Source: Bacteroidia bacterium
Lineage (GTDB): Bacteria > Bacteroidota > Bacteroidia > Bacteroidales > Bacteroidaceae
Reading direction: 5' to 3'
Assembly (NCBI GenBank): GCA_009929715.1
Contig: RZZX01000001.1
Span: forward strand, 36,838 to 100,837
Length of the DNA stretch: 64,000 bases
Shown: piece after piece, positions 50,946-64,000 of the stretch
Numbering within the stretch: position 1 is the stretch's first letter
Layout of the letters: the number at the start of each line of letters is the position of its first letter
Program-made: the position numbers and the translations under genes
Notes under the pieces: model-generated
Database searches by the model: none
The model's input: only the letters and a program-made list of their open reading frames with translations
Told to the model about the DNA's origin: nothing

Positions 50946-51663
50946 TATTGTAGTTTAAAATTCTATTTAATCCTTTCAACACCAAAAATCTGTCTGCAAA
51001 GATGATATTTTTTACGTTCGTATCAAAAGAAATTTCATCTCCGCCCGTTAAAAAAACCAAAAGGTCGGTATATTTCTCTTGAAAGGCCTTAATATAACCT
51101 GCCATTTCATATTCAACCCCTTTTAAGACGCCAGCACGTATCGCAGTTTCCGTATCACTTCCCATAGCAACCATCCTACCCTCTTCTTTAATTAGGGGTA
51201 AACGACCAGTGAACTGATGCAAGGCTTCAAATCTCATCCGGATACCTGGTGAAATATTGCCGCCATGATAGCTACCGGAAGCATCTATAAACTCATAAGT
51301 GATGCAGGTACCGGCATCTATGACTAAACAATTCCTGCCAGGGAAACAATCATGAGCTCCAACCACTGCCGCTATCCGGTCGTATCCTAATGTTTCTGGC
51401 GTTTCATATAAATTAGCAATCGGAAGAGCTGTTTGCCAGTCTAACACTAAAAACGGCAATTGAAGCTGCGACAATTGTTCTTTAATAACGTTAGATAAAT
51501 CAATCACTGAGGCCAATAGAACGTTTTTCACAGGATAATGCCGACAAAGGTCTTCCAATCCATCCAGTGACTGATTGGAGTTATAAATAAGTTTCACCAT
51601 CTCTTTTCCTTCAAAAAGAGCAATCTTAGCTACAGTATTACCGATATCAATGACTAAATTCAA
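50932..51663 (-). CDS. coaX: Type III pantothenate kinase
   Basis: [31 protein letters not shown]. Confidence 0.95.
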   Translation of the reverse strand: MNLVIDIGNTVAKIALFEGKEMVKLIYNSNQSLDGLEDLCRHYPVKNVLLASVIDLSNVIKEQLSQLQLPFLVLDWQTALPIANLYETPETLGYDRIAAVVGAHDCFPGRNCLVIDAGTCITYEFIDASGSYHGGNISPGIRMRFEALHQFTGRLPLIKEEGRMVAMGSDTETAIRAGVLKGVEYEMAGYIKAFQEKYTDLLVFLTGGDEISFDTNVKNIIFADRFLVLKGLNRILNYNNDKI

Positions 51664-51917
51664 CTTTTTCTTCTTTTAAAGCACGCAAAGGTATACCAAA
51701 ATTCGAAATCTATGGTATAAATAGCCAAGTAAAGAAAGAGGTTTTGTAATATTTCACAATAATCTGCTTGTGAGACGAGCTCGCTTGTTTAAGTTTCTCT
51801 AATCCAATAGAGTGTTCCGAAAGGCTAACGAATGTAACAAATGACCGAAATAAGCCGAAGTGATAACTTCGTTTTTTAGAAGTTATTTGTATATTCGCAC
51901 TCAAAATAGAATGAATC

Positions 51918-53117
51918 ATGAAAAATGTGTGCCGCAACATAGTCTTATATCTGCTCTTTATCACGCTATCGACCACGACGCTTTCTGCCAAAGAGAGCGT
52001 TGAAGATTCGATACAAATCAGCCTGCTTACTTGTGATCCAGGAGAGGATATCTACACGCTTTTCGGACATACTGCTATTCGCTACGAGAACTTTACCCAA
52101 GATCTTGATATCGTTTTCAACTATGGCTTATTTAGTTTTAAAACGCCGAACTTCATTTGGCGCTTTGCTCTAGGCGAAACAGATTATCAGCTGGGGGCTT
52201 ACGACTTTTCACGCTTCGCCGCAGAGTATGAAGATGAAGGACGCCGGGTGTGCCAACAAACGCTGTCGCTTACTAAAAAAGAAAAAGAGAATCTCATCAG
52301 GCTGCTAGAAAAAAATTACCTACCGGAAAACAGACTATACCGTTACAACTTCTTTTATGACAATTGTGCCACCCGCCCGAGAGATAAAATAGAAGAGTCT
52401 ATTGAGGGGACCATACACTATCCTATATGGCCCAAAGATTACAGTATCTCTTTTCGAGATGTCATTCATGAGTGCACTTCTAACCAAGCATGGGCTCGAT
52501 TTGGCATCGATTTCTGTTTAGGGAGTGAGGCCGATCGTTTAATCACAAGACGGGAGCTTATGTTTGCACCGATTTACTTAATGGGTTTCTATAAAAAGGC
52601 TTTGGTTTTTGAACAAGGAAACTACCGGCCATTGGTCTGCCAAAACAAAGAGATCATCGAGGGGAATCAGGTGGACGAAGTAACACGCAGCAACTTCCCA
52701 TCGCCCTTACAAAGTGCTTTATTGCTCTTTATGGGGGTGTGCGGACTAACGATTTATGGCTTGAAAAAGAATAAATCATGGTGGGGTATCGATCTTTTTT
52801 TGTTTAGTCTAGTGGGATTAGCTGGCTGTGTTTTAGCTTTCTTGGCGATGTGCTCCCAACACCCTGCTGTAAACCATAATTACCTCTTATTGGTCTTTCA
52901 TCCTTTTCAACTTCTGGCTACGCCATATCTCATTTATTGCGCAATAAAGAGGAAGAAATGCCCGTATCATTTAATAAATGCCGTTGTTTTAACACTTTTT
53001 ATAGCAACCTTTGCTTTTATACCACAGAAAATAGACTTAACTATATTACCTTTGGCACTATGTTTGTTGATTAGATCAACGAGTTATTTGATATCGACAT
53101 ATAAAAAGAAAAAATGA
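51918..53117 (+). CDS. DUF4105-domain membrane protein (Lnb-like lipoprotein N-acyltransferase)
   Basis: FGHTAIR, FNYG, YRYNFFYDNCATR plus C-terminal transmembrane helices. Confidence 0.72.
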   Translation: MKNVCRNIVLYLLFITLSTTTLSAKESVEDSIQISLLTCDPGEDIYTLFGHTAIRYENFTQDLDIVFNYGLFSFKTPNFIWRFALGETDYQLGAYDFSRFAAEYEDEGRRVCQQTLSLTKKEKENLIRLLEKNYLPENRLYRYNFFYDNCATRPRDKIEESIEGTIHYPIWPKDYSISFRDVIHECTSNQAWARFGIDFCLGSEADRLITRRELMFAPIYLMGFYKKALVFEQGNYRPLVCQNKEIIEGNQVDEVTRSNFPSPLQSALLLFMGVCGLTIYGLKKNKSWWGIDLFLFSLVGLAGCVLAFLAMCSQHPAVNHNYLLLVFHPFQLLATPYLIYCAIKRKKCPYHLINAVVLTLFIATFAFIPQKIDLTILPLALCLLIRSTSYLISTYKKKK

Positions 53118-54688
53118 AAGGACTGCTTACCTCTCTTATTACCGTACTTACTTTTACAGGGCTTCAGGCGCAGTCGCCTCAGGTAACTCCTAAACTGGTC
53201 GTTGGACTTACCATCGACCAATTACGAACGGATTATCTCGAAGCTTTTTCGTCGCTTTATGGCGAAAAAGGATTTAAACGCCTCTGGAAAGAGGGATGCG
53301 TCTTCACAGATGCACACTATCAGTTTAGTACAACGGACCGCTCGTCGGCTATCGCTGCTATATACAGTGGCACGTTCCCGTCGGTCAACGGTATTATTAG
53401 TAACCGGTGGTTAGATATCACCACACTCCAACCAGTTAACAGCACCGACAACGCAGCTTTCATGGGGTATTATACCGATGAGACTTGCGCACCCACACAA
53501 CTATTAACATCGACTATCACCGATGAACTAAAAATAGCCACGCAACGGAATGCTCTGGTTTTCGCTATTGCGCCCAACAGTGACGCTGCCATTTTAAGTG
53601 CCGGACATGCTGCCAATGCAGCCTTGTGGTTCAATGCCAATACCGGAAAATGGTGCGGAACAACTTATTATGGAGAATTCCCACTCTGGGCGAGCCAATA
53701 TAATGATAGAAAATCGGTCGACTTCCGAATCCAAAACATCACTTGGGAACCAGCTTACCCACGGGGCATGTACACTTTCTTGCCTGAATGGCGGGACCTC
53801 TCGTTTAAATATAAGTTCGACGACGATAAGGCAAATAAATACAGACGGTTCATGACTAGCCCTTTTATCAACGATGAGGTTAATCGTTTAACGGAAGAGC
53901 TGTTCGATAAAAGTTTTACCGGAGCTGATAATATCACCGATTTTTTGTCGCTGACTTATTATGGGGGAAACTATAACCATAAACCGGTACAGGAGTGTGC
54001 GATGGAGATTCAAGATACGTATATCCGCTTGGATAGAAGCATCGCTAATCTTCTGGATTTACTGGATCGAAAAGTTGGTTTGGCCAATGTGCTTCTCTGC
54101 ATCACATCGACAGGGTATGCAGATAGCGAAGCATCTGATCCCGGATCGTACAAAATACCGGGAGGTGAATTTCACTTGAACCGCTGTGCTGCACTGCTGA
54201 ATATGTATTTAATGGCAACTTATGGTGAGGGAAAGTATGTCGAAACTTATCGCGACCAACAAATCTATCTGAATCATAAGCTCCTAGAAAACAAACAGCT
54301 TCCTCTCAAAGAGGTGCAAGATAAGGCGGCCGAGTTTTTAATGCAATTTAGTGGGGTCAATGAGGTTTATTCTGGTTATCGATTGTTACTTGGTGCCTGG
54401 ACGCCAACTGTTTTCCAACTAAAAAATGCTTATCACAGAAAACGATCTGGCGATTTATTCATAGAGGTATTACCAGGCTGGACTGTCATCGACGATAAGG
54501 CGGCCAAAGAAAAAGTGGTTCGATACACACATGTTCCCTCTCCGCTCGTTTTCATGGGGTATGGCGTTAAACCGGCTATCATTCATTCACCGACAACGAT
54601 TGATCGGATTGCACCAACACTCTCTCATTTTATGAGGATTCGTGCCCCCAATGGCTGCACAACAGCACCAATCAAAGATATTCGGTGA
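53114..54688 (+). CDS. Alkaline phosphatase superfamily (PafA-like) protein, catalytic motifs degenerate
   Basis: PKLVVGLTIDQLRTDYL, GFKRL, RSGD, IAPTL; overlaps the upstream gene by 4 bp. Confidence 0.78.
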   Translation: MKGLLTSLITVLTFTGLQAQSPQVTPKLVVGLTIDQLRTDYLEAFSSLYGEKGFKRLWKEGCVFTDAHYQFSTTDRSSAIAAIYSGTFPSVNGIISNRWLDITTLQPVNSTDNAAFMGYYTDETCAPTQLLTSTITDELKIATQRNALVFAIAPNSDAAILSAGHAANAALWFNANTGKWCGTTYYGEFPLWASQYNDRKSVDFRIQNITWEPAYPRGMYTFLPEWRDLSFKYKFDDDKANKYRRFMTSPFINDEVNRLTEELFDKSFTGADNITDFLSLTYYGGNYNHKPVQECAMEIQDTYIRLDRSIANLLDLLDRKVGLANVLLCITSTGYADSEASDPGSYKIPGGEFHLNRCAALLNMYLMATYGEGKYVETYRDQQIYLNHKLLENKQLPLKEVQDKAAEFLMQFSGVNEVYSGYRLLLGAWTPTVFQLKNAYHRKRSGDLFIEVLPGWTVIDDKAAKEKVVRYTHVPSPLVFMGYGVKPAIIHSPTTIDRIAPTLSHFMRIRAPNGCTTAPIKDIR

Positions 54689-54789
54689 TATTTCTAGAAG
54701 AAAAGCAAAGGTAACATATAAATAAATCAGCATTTTATATAACTTTGCACGATAAAATTAGTTCGATAAATAAAAAAACATAATACAGA

Positions 54790-58104
<3,315 letters not shown>

Positions 58105-58128
58105 TCAAGTTTCTTAAAAAGGCTAAAG

Positions 58129-58172
58129 ACAAAAAGCCTCAAACGGTTAAAAACTGTTTGAAGCTTTTGTTT
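58129..58172 (+). terminator. Terminator after secA
   Basis: ACAAAAAGCCTCAAACGGTT / AACTGTTTGAAGCTTTTGT imperfect stem with T tail. Confidence 0.6.
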
Positions 58173-58221
58173 TATCAATCAAAATCGTACATTTGTTCTG
58201 TTTACATAAAATCTGAACGGA

Positions 58222-59328
58222 ATGACCAAACTTCGTCTTATCATAACTACAGCGCTAGCTCTCACGCTCTTTGGATCGTGCCAAAGCTTACAGCAGATTT
58301 CAATCGATTATTTAGTTCCAGGTGAGCTCAGCTTTCCGAATGAACTTCGCAAAGTAGCCATTGTGAATAACACCAGTAAGCTACCCGATAATAAACTAAT
58401 CATCAAGGATGAGCAAGCCAACTTAACGGCTTTTGAAATTGGCCGCGCAGTAACTTACGGACAAGGAAACCCCACCATTGGAGCAGAGTCTTTGGCCAAA
58501 GAGATTGCTAACCAAAATTATTTTGAGGAAGTTGTTTTGTGTGACTCAGCCCTTCGGAAAGCAGATATCCAGCCCAGAGAAACACAGCTAAGTCCGCTCG
58601 AAGTCAACCAATTGTCTACCAACCTAGGCGTTGATTTTATCATTGCTTTAGAGAACATACAACTCAAAGCGAATAAATCTCTTCGCTATCTGCCTGCATT
58701 TAGTGCCTATCAGACTATCGTCGATGCCACAGCTTACCCAACCATTGCCATCTATGTTCCCAACCGCTCGAAACCGATGACTGTCTTTACATGCAAAGAT
58801 AGCCTTTCATGGGAAGCTTATGGCGACAGTGAAAGCAGTGCAATATCAAGCACCATCCCCGATACGGCGATCATTCGCATTGTTTCCGACTTCTCAGGTA
58901 CTATCCCGGTAAAGAAAATTGTGCCGCATTGGAAAACTGTAACTAGAAGTTTATACGCCAGTGGTACTGTTGCCATGAGAGATGCAGCTGTGTATGTACG
59001 TGAAGAGAATTGGGAAGCTGCCTATCAGTTGTGGAACGATTTGTTTAAAAAGACAAAAAGTACTAAGAAGAAGATGTATACAGCATTTAATATCGCTATC
59101 TATTATGAGATACAAGATAATTTGCAGATGGCCAAAGAGTGGGCTAGCAAAGCACTCACCTATGCCAAAAGAGTAGATAAGGTTGATAAAAAGATCAGCC
59201 AAAGTTCTACCGAAAACCAAATTCCAAATTATTTCATGATCATGCTCTATCTGCAAAAGCTAGAAGAACGGCTCAATAATTTAACTCCATTGAACCTACA
59301 AATGAGCCGATTTGAAAATGATTTTTAA
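58222..59328 (+). CDS. Lipoprotein with C-terminal TPR-like region (DUF6340-like)
   Basis: Lipobox FGSC; PHW...R..Y; NIAIYYE..D...AKEW. Confidence 0.62.
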   Translation: MTKLRLIITTALALTLFGSCQSLQQISIDYLVPGELSFPNELRKVAIVNNTSKLPDNKLIIKDEQANLTAFEIGRAVTYGQGNPTIGAESLAKEIANQNYFEEVVLCDSALRKADIQPRETQLSPLEVNQLSTNLGVDFIIALENIQLKANKSLRYLPAFSAYQTIVDATAYPTIAIYVPNRSKPMTVFTCKDSLSWEAYGDSESSAISSTIPDTAIIRIVSDFSGTIPVKKIVPHWKTVTRSLYASGTVAMRDAAVYVREENWEAAYQLWNDLFKKTKSTKKKMYTAFNIAIYYEIQDNLQMAKEWASKALTYAKRVDKVDKKISQSSTENQIPNYFMIMLYLQKLEERLNNLTPLNLQMSRFENDF

Positions 59329-59386
59329 TAAAATGAATGCAGCTTATATTTTTTTTTATACCTTTGACTACAAAATATAAAAAGTC

Positions 59387-59830
59387 ATGAAATTAAGTCA
59401 ACAATCACAATCTGACATTGAGTCGGCCATTCAGAAAGCAATAGCCAAATATACTTGCGGATGTGAACAAACAGTTATTACCGACTTTCATTTACAGCCG
59501 AATTCAACAGGTCAGTTTATCATTTATAATGATGAAGATAAAGAGTTGGCCAATTTTATGATTGAAGAATGGGCTAACTATGAAGAAGATAATCTGACAG
59601 AAGAGTGTGAGTCTATTTTACGAAACACACTTATCAAAATAAAAGAGAGCGGAGAGTTAGACAAGATAACGATACTAAAACCCTACTCGTTCGTTTTAGT
59701 TGATGAAGAAAAGGAGACAGTCTGCGAATTATTGCTAATGGACGATGACACTTTATTAGTCAACGAGGAACTTCTTCAAGGACTCGACGAAGAGTTAGAC
59801 GACTTCTTAAAAGAGCTTCTCGAAAAATAA
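59387..59830 (+). CDS. Acidic conserved hypothetical protein
   Basis: 147-aa ORF preceded by TACCTTTG; KPYSFVLVD motif. Confidence 0.7.
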   Translation: MKLSQQSQSDIESAIQKAIAKYTCGCEQTVITDFHLQPNSTGQFIIYNDEDKELANFMIEEWANYEEDNLTEECESILRNTLIKIKESGELDKITILKPYSFVLVDEEKETVCELLLMDDDTLLVNEELLQGLDEELDDFLKELLEK

Positions 59831-59902
59831 AGACCAGCCTCTTACTGATCTTTTTTATGTCTAAGAAATAAGCTATTCATCTTTTTGAAAGCTATCTTAT
59901 AA

Positions 59903-59940
59903 AAAAGGCTTCACTTACGATAACCGTAGTGAAGCCTTTT
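59903..59940. terminator. Bidirectional terminator
   Basis: AAAAGGCTTCACT / AGTGAAGCCTTTT between convergent genes. Confidence 0.75.
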
Positions 59941-59958
59941 CTTTATACGAACGAAAGT

Positions 59959-62586
59959 TTACTTCTTCTTTAAAGTAGCAATACTCTCTTCAAGCGATTT
60001 AATGATACTTTCCGCATCAGCTTGCTTTTTGCGTTCAAGATCAAGAACAGTAGCCGGAGCATTGTTCACAAACTTCTCATTGCTAAGCTTTTTCAAAACC
60101 CCTTGCAAGAAACCTTGTTTGTGTTTCAATTCCGATTCCATCCGAGCAATCTCCGCCTCAACATCCATCATATCACCCAATGGTACAGCATATTCGGTTG
60201 TGCCCACCATAAATGCAGCAGCTCCTTCAGCCTTTGTTTCAACCACCGATACAGATGAGATATGGCACATCTTTTCAATCACAGAGATAAACTCAGCTAC
60301 CGGATTAGTGCCTAACACATGCAACTCCAAAGCCTCTTTCTGAGCAATGTTCTTTTGCAAACGAATGGTACGAATACCACTGACAACCTCTTTCACCACT
60401 TCGAATTCTGCCACCAACGTTTCGTCGACATAAGTATCTAAAGTCAACGGACGCACCATCAGACTTTCACCTGCTTCACGCTCAAACATATTTTGCCAAA
60501 GTTCCTCAGTAATAAACGGCATAAATGGATGAAGCAAATGCAACAAGTTGTCTAAGAAACAGCAAGTAGCATTATACGTCACAGAATCAATAGCCTGACC
60601 ATAAACAGGTTTGATCATCTCCAAATACCAAGAAGAAAACTCATCCCAAAACAGCTTATAAACCGCCATTAATGCCTCACTCAAACGATACTTGCTAAAC
60701 AGATCGGCCATCTCATTAGCCACCTGATTCTGTTTCGATTCAAACCACTGAGTCGCTAAAATAGCCGCTTGAGTCGGTTGGATGGTATCATCTACTGTCC
60801 AGCCCTTAATCAACCGGTAGGCATTCCAGATCTTATTGTTAAAGTTACGTCCTTGCTCACAAAGTGATTCATCGAACAAAATATCATTACCGGCAGGTGC
60901 TGCAAGCATCATCCCCATACGTACTCCATCAGCACCAAACTTATCAATTAAATCGAGCGGATCCGGTGAATTACCAAGTGATTTAGACATTTTACGCCCC
61001 TGTTTATCACGTACAATACCAGTGAAGTAGACGTTTTTAAACGGCATCTTTCCCTCATATTCATAACCCGCCATAATCATGCGCGCTACCCAGAAGAAGA
61101 TAATATCCGGTCCAGTCACCAAGTCGCTCGTTGGATAATAATAGTTCAACTCCTCATTATCAGGATTATTGATCCCATCAAATAAAGAGATAGGCCACAA
61201 CCAAGAAGAGAACCACGTATCCAAACAATCCTCATCCTGACGCAAATCGGCAAGCGTCAGCGCAGCATTACCTGTTTTCTCAATTGCTTTCTTCAACGCC
61301 TCTTCCGGTGTTAAAGCCACCACAAAACCTCCTTCAGGTAAGAAATAAGCAGGAATACGATGTCCCCACCACAACTGGCGGCTGATGCACCAATCTTTTA
61401 TATTCTCCATCCAGTGACGATAAGTATTTTTATACTTCGCCGGATAAAACTTAATATCATCGGCCATCACTGGTTCCAAAGCAATCTGAGCTAAATGCTC
61501 CATCTTCAAGAACCACTGCATAGACAGCTTGGGTTCAATCACCACATTCGTACGCTCGGAGTAACCCACCTTATTAGTATACGCCTCCGTCTTCTCCAAC
61601 AAGTTGGCTGCTTCAAGATCTTTTTCAATCTGCTTACGTACCTCAAAACGATCTTGTCCCACATACATGCCGGCAGCCTCACTCAACGTACCATTATCAT
61701 TGAAAATATCAATACTAGGCAAGTTGTACTTCTCGCCCAACATATAGTCATTAACATCGTGTGCCGGAGTCACTTTTAAACATCCCGTACCAAACTCCAC
61801 ATCCACATACTCATCCTCGATCACCGGAATAACCCTATTCACCAATGGTACAATAACCTTCTTACCTTTCAAGTGCTGATTCTTCGGATCATTCGGGTTA
61901 ATACACATCGCAGTGTCTCCCATAATCGTTTCCGGACGGGTAGTAGCCACCACAGCATACCCCTCTTCACCCTCTATCCGATATCTAAGGTAATACAACT
62001 TACCATGTTCTTCTTTATAAATAACCTCCTCATCGGACAGTGCCGTCAACGCTTTAGGATCCCAGTTCACCATGCGCACACCCCGATAGATCAATCCCTT
62101 TTCGAACAGATCTACAAACACCTTCAGCACACTTTCACTACGCAAATCGTCCATTGTAAAAGCCGTCCGATCCCAATCGCAAGAAGCACCTAGGCGACGA
62201 AGCTGTTTCAATATAATGCCCCCATGTTCATCGGTCCATTCCCAAGCGTGTTTGAGGAAATCCTCCCGACTTAAATCGGTCTTCTTAATCCCTTGAGCAG
62301 CCAAGCGGTTCACCACTTTAGCCTCGGTAGCTATCGATGCATGATCGGTACCAGGTACCCAACAAGCATTTTTACCCTCCATCCGGGCACGGCGCACCAA
62401 AATATCCTGAATGGTATTATTAAGCATGTGTCCCATGTGCAGCACACCAGTGACGTTTGGCGGAGGAATGACGACTGTGTACGGTTCACGGCCATCGGGT
62501 TTTGAACTAAATAATTTGTGATCCAACCAATATTGGTACCACTTCCCCTCCACGTCAGCGGGGTTGTACTTACTTGCTAATTCCAT
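59959..62586 (-). CDS. valS: Valine--tRNA ligase
   Basis: [31 protein letters not shown]-terminal coiled coil. Confidence 0.98.
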   Translation of the reverse strand: MELASKYNPADVEGKWYQYWLDHKLFSSKPDGREPYTVVIPPPNVTGVLHMGHMLNNTIQDILVRRARMEGKNACWVPGTDHASIATEAKVVNRLAAQGIKKTDLSREDFLKHAWEWTDEHGGIILKQLRRLGASCDWDRTAFTMDDLRSESVLKVFVDLFEKGLIYRGVRMVNWDPKALTALSDEEVIYKEEHGKLYYLRYRIEGEEGYAVVATTRPETIMGDTAMCINPNDPKNQHLKGKKVIVPLVNRVIPVIEDEYVDVEFGTGCLKVTPAHDVNDYMLGEKYNLPSIDIFNDNGTLSEAAGMYVGQDRFEVRKQIEKDLEAANLLEKTEAYTNKVGYSERTNVVIEPKLSMQWFLKMEHLAQIALEPVMADDIKFYPAKYKNTYRHWMENIKDWCISRQLWWGHRIPAYFLPEGGFVVALTPEEALKKAIEKTGNAALTLADLRQDEDCLDTWFSSWLWPISLFDGINNPDNEELNYYYPTSDLVTGPDIIFFWVARMIMAGYEYEGKMPFKNVYFTGIVRDKQGRKMSKSLGNSPDPLDLIDKFGADGVRMGMMLAAPAGNDILFDESLCEQGRNFNNKIWNAYRLIKGWTVDDTIQPTQAAILATQWFESKQNQVANEMADLFSKYRLSEALMAVYKLFWDEFSSWYLEMIKPVYGQAIDSVTYNATCCFLDNLLHLLHPFMPFITEELWQNMFEREAGESLMVRPLTLDTYVDETLVAEFEVVKEVVSGIRTIRLQKNIAQKEALELHVLGTNPVAEFISVIEKMCHISSVSVVETKAEGAAAFMVGTTEYAVPLGDMMDVEAEIARMESELKHKQGFLQGVLKKLSNEKFVNNAPATVLDLERKKQADAESIIKSLEESIATLKKK

Positions 62587-62710
62587 TGTGTTATCTATCT
62601 ATAAAATTATACGATACAAAAATTAGAGAAATCAATTGCAAAATTAATAAATAAGTAGAAAATACTCTTAAGATTATGTACTTTTGTTGCCTGAAAGGAG
62701 ATTTGAACAG

Positions 62711-63856
62711 ATGAAAATCAAAGAGCTACTCAAAAAAAGACCATTAAACCAGCTTAGGCCCGAAGCAAAGAGCCAACAAGATCGTCGGCAACGAAAGCGA
62801 GTCATTCGCTACCTCGGTCTGTCCATGCTTCTCATAGCCGTCTGGCTCATTCAAACCATCCCCTCATGGAGCAATTGGTATGCAACAGCTGTTTATCCGA
62901 TCATCTCCTATGTTCTATCAGGTTTTTCCAACCTGTTCCCCTTTGCCTTAGGCGATCTCTTTATCTTCCTCAGTCTGATATTTATCTTGTTCTATCCCAT
63001 CTACGGGGCATTAAAGAGACACAATTGGCGTACCATCGCTCGACGTGAGGTAGAATATCTGTTATGGATTTACGCTTGGTTCTATCTGGCATGGGGACTT
63101 AATTATTCCCAGAAACACTTCTATGAGCGCACAACGATAAACTATGCCCCATACACCTCTGAAAACTTCAAGCGTTTTGTGGACAGTTATATAACTCGCT
63201 TGAACAACGCCTACACACCGGTCAACAGTATCAACCCGACTTTGGTTCAAACAGAGTGCGTGGATCTTTACAACCAAATAGCCGATTCTCTAGGTATAAA
63301 CCACCCACCCCATCGGCATCCAAAGGTCAAAACCATGCTTTTTACCCCATTGATCTCTAAAGTAGGAGTTACTGGTAGCATGGGACCATTTTTCTGTGAG
63401 TTTACACTAAATGGCCATTTACTACCGTCACAGTATCCGGCCACTTATGCACATGAACTCTCACACCTATTGGGAATTACAAGTGAAGCCGAAGCCAACT
63501 TCTATGCTTACCAGGTCTGTACCCGTTCTTCGGTAAGCGGCATTCGTTTTAGTGGTTATTTTTCGGTACTGGGCTATGTGCTTGGAAATGCTTCGGAACT
63601 TCTCACAGAAGAAGAATTCAAACAAGTAGTGAACCGCATCCGACCGGAAATCAAAGTACTTTACGAGCAGAATCGGACGTATTGGATGGATAAATACAGC
63701 CCTATATTCGGCAAACTACAAGATTGGATTTACGATATTTACTTAAAACGAAATCAGATAGAGAGTGGACAGAAAAACTATTCGGAAGTGGTGGGATTAT
63801 TGATCTCCTATCAAGAGTGGAAGTTAACTCTCAATAGTCTTAAAACTCAACATTAA
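62711..63856 (+). CDS. DUF3810-like membrane-anchored zincin protein
   Basis: N-terminal TM segments, WGLNY, PFFCE, HELSH...EAEANF; start uncertain (62684 TTG or 62711 ATG). Confidence 0.75.
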   Translation: MKIKELLKKRPLNQLRPEAKSQQDRRQRKRVIRYLGLSMLLIAVWLIQTIPSWSNWYATAVYPIISYVLSGFSNLFPFALGDLFIFLSLIFILFYPIYGALKRHNWRTIARREVEYLLWIYAWFYLAWGLNYSQKHFYERTTINYAPYTSENFKRFVDSYITRLNNAYTPVNSINPTLVQTECVDLYNQIADSLGINHPPHRHPKVKTMLFTPLISKVGVTGSMGPFFCEFTLNGHLLPSQYPATYAHELSHLLGITSEAEANFYAYQVCTRSSVSGIRFSGYFSVLGYVLGNASELLTEEEFKQVVNRIRPEIKVLYEQNRTYWMDKYSPIFGKLQDWIYDIYLKRNQIESGQKNYSEVVGLLISYQEWKLTLNSLKTQH

Positions 63857-63860
63857 AACA

Positions 63861-64000
63861 ATGAAAACAAACCAACCTCATACACGAGAAGAGCAGCTGC
63901 AAGCCTTTGGCCGTTTTTTAGATATTCTAGATGAACTCCGTGAAAAATGTCCGTGGGACAGAAAACAGACCAACGCAAGTTTGCGCCCCAACACCATTGA
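63861..64000 (+). CDS. mazG: Nucleoside triphosphate pyrophosphohydrolase MazG (3'-truncated by the window edge)
   Basis: [31 protein letters not shown]. Confidence 0.88.
   Translation, partial: MKTNQPHTREEQLQAFGRFLDILDELREKCPWDRKQTNASLRPNTI

Overview
Bacteroidales (Bacteroides-like) DNA in two parts. Bases 1 to about 21,510 are the right-hand end of a CTn-type integrative conjugative element (ICE) sitting at the 3' end of tRNA-Ser(TGA). It carries traN/traO/traQ, an HNH-ATPase plus GNAT gene pair, a ParB/small-gene block, a ~10 kb AT-rich nuclease cassette (two PD-(D/E)xK-type proteins, a HEPN-like protein and a 1241-aa nuclease/degenerate-NTPase protein), IS66 and IS982 remnants, an intact IS110-family (IS1111-type) element and a tyrosine integrase. 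The cassette is bracketed by two diverged copies of a ~470-bp element containing a long hairpin with the geometry of a single-strand (Frpo-like) promoter, built on the Bacteroidota TAnnTTTG box. The IS has inserted into the second copy, so its ends, AG core and circle-junction promoter can be read by comparison with the empty copy. Bases ~21,600-64,000 are mostly housekeeping genes (pflB/pflA, obgE, adk, hpt, nnr, secG, pdxA, rlmN, lptC, coaX, secA, valS, partial mazG). An in-frame MutS2/GH3 fusion at ~25,275 marks either a rearrangement or an assembly chimera. All calls come from reading motifs by eye; no searches were run.
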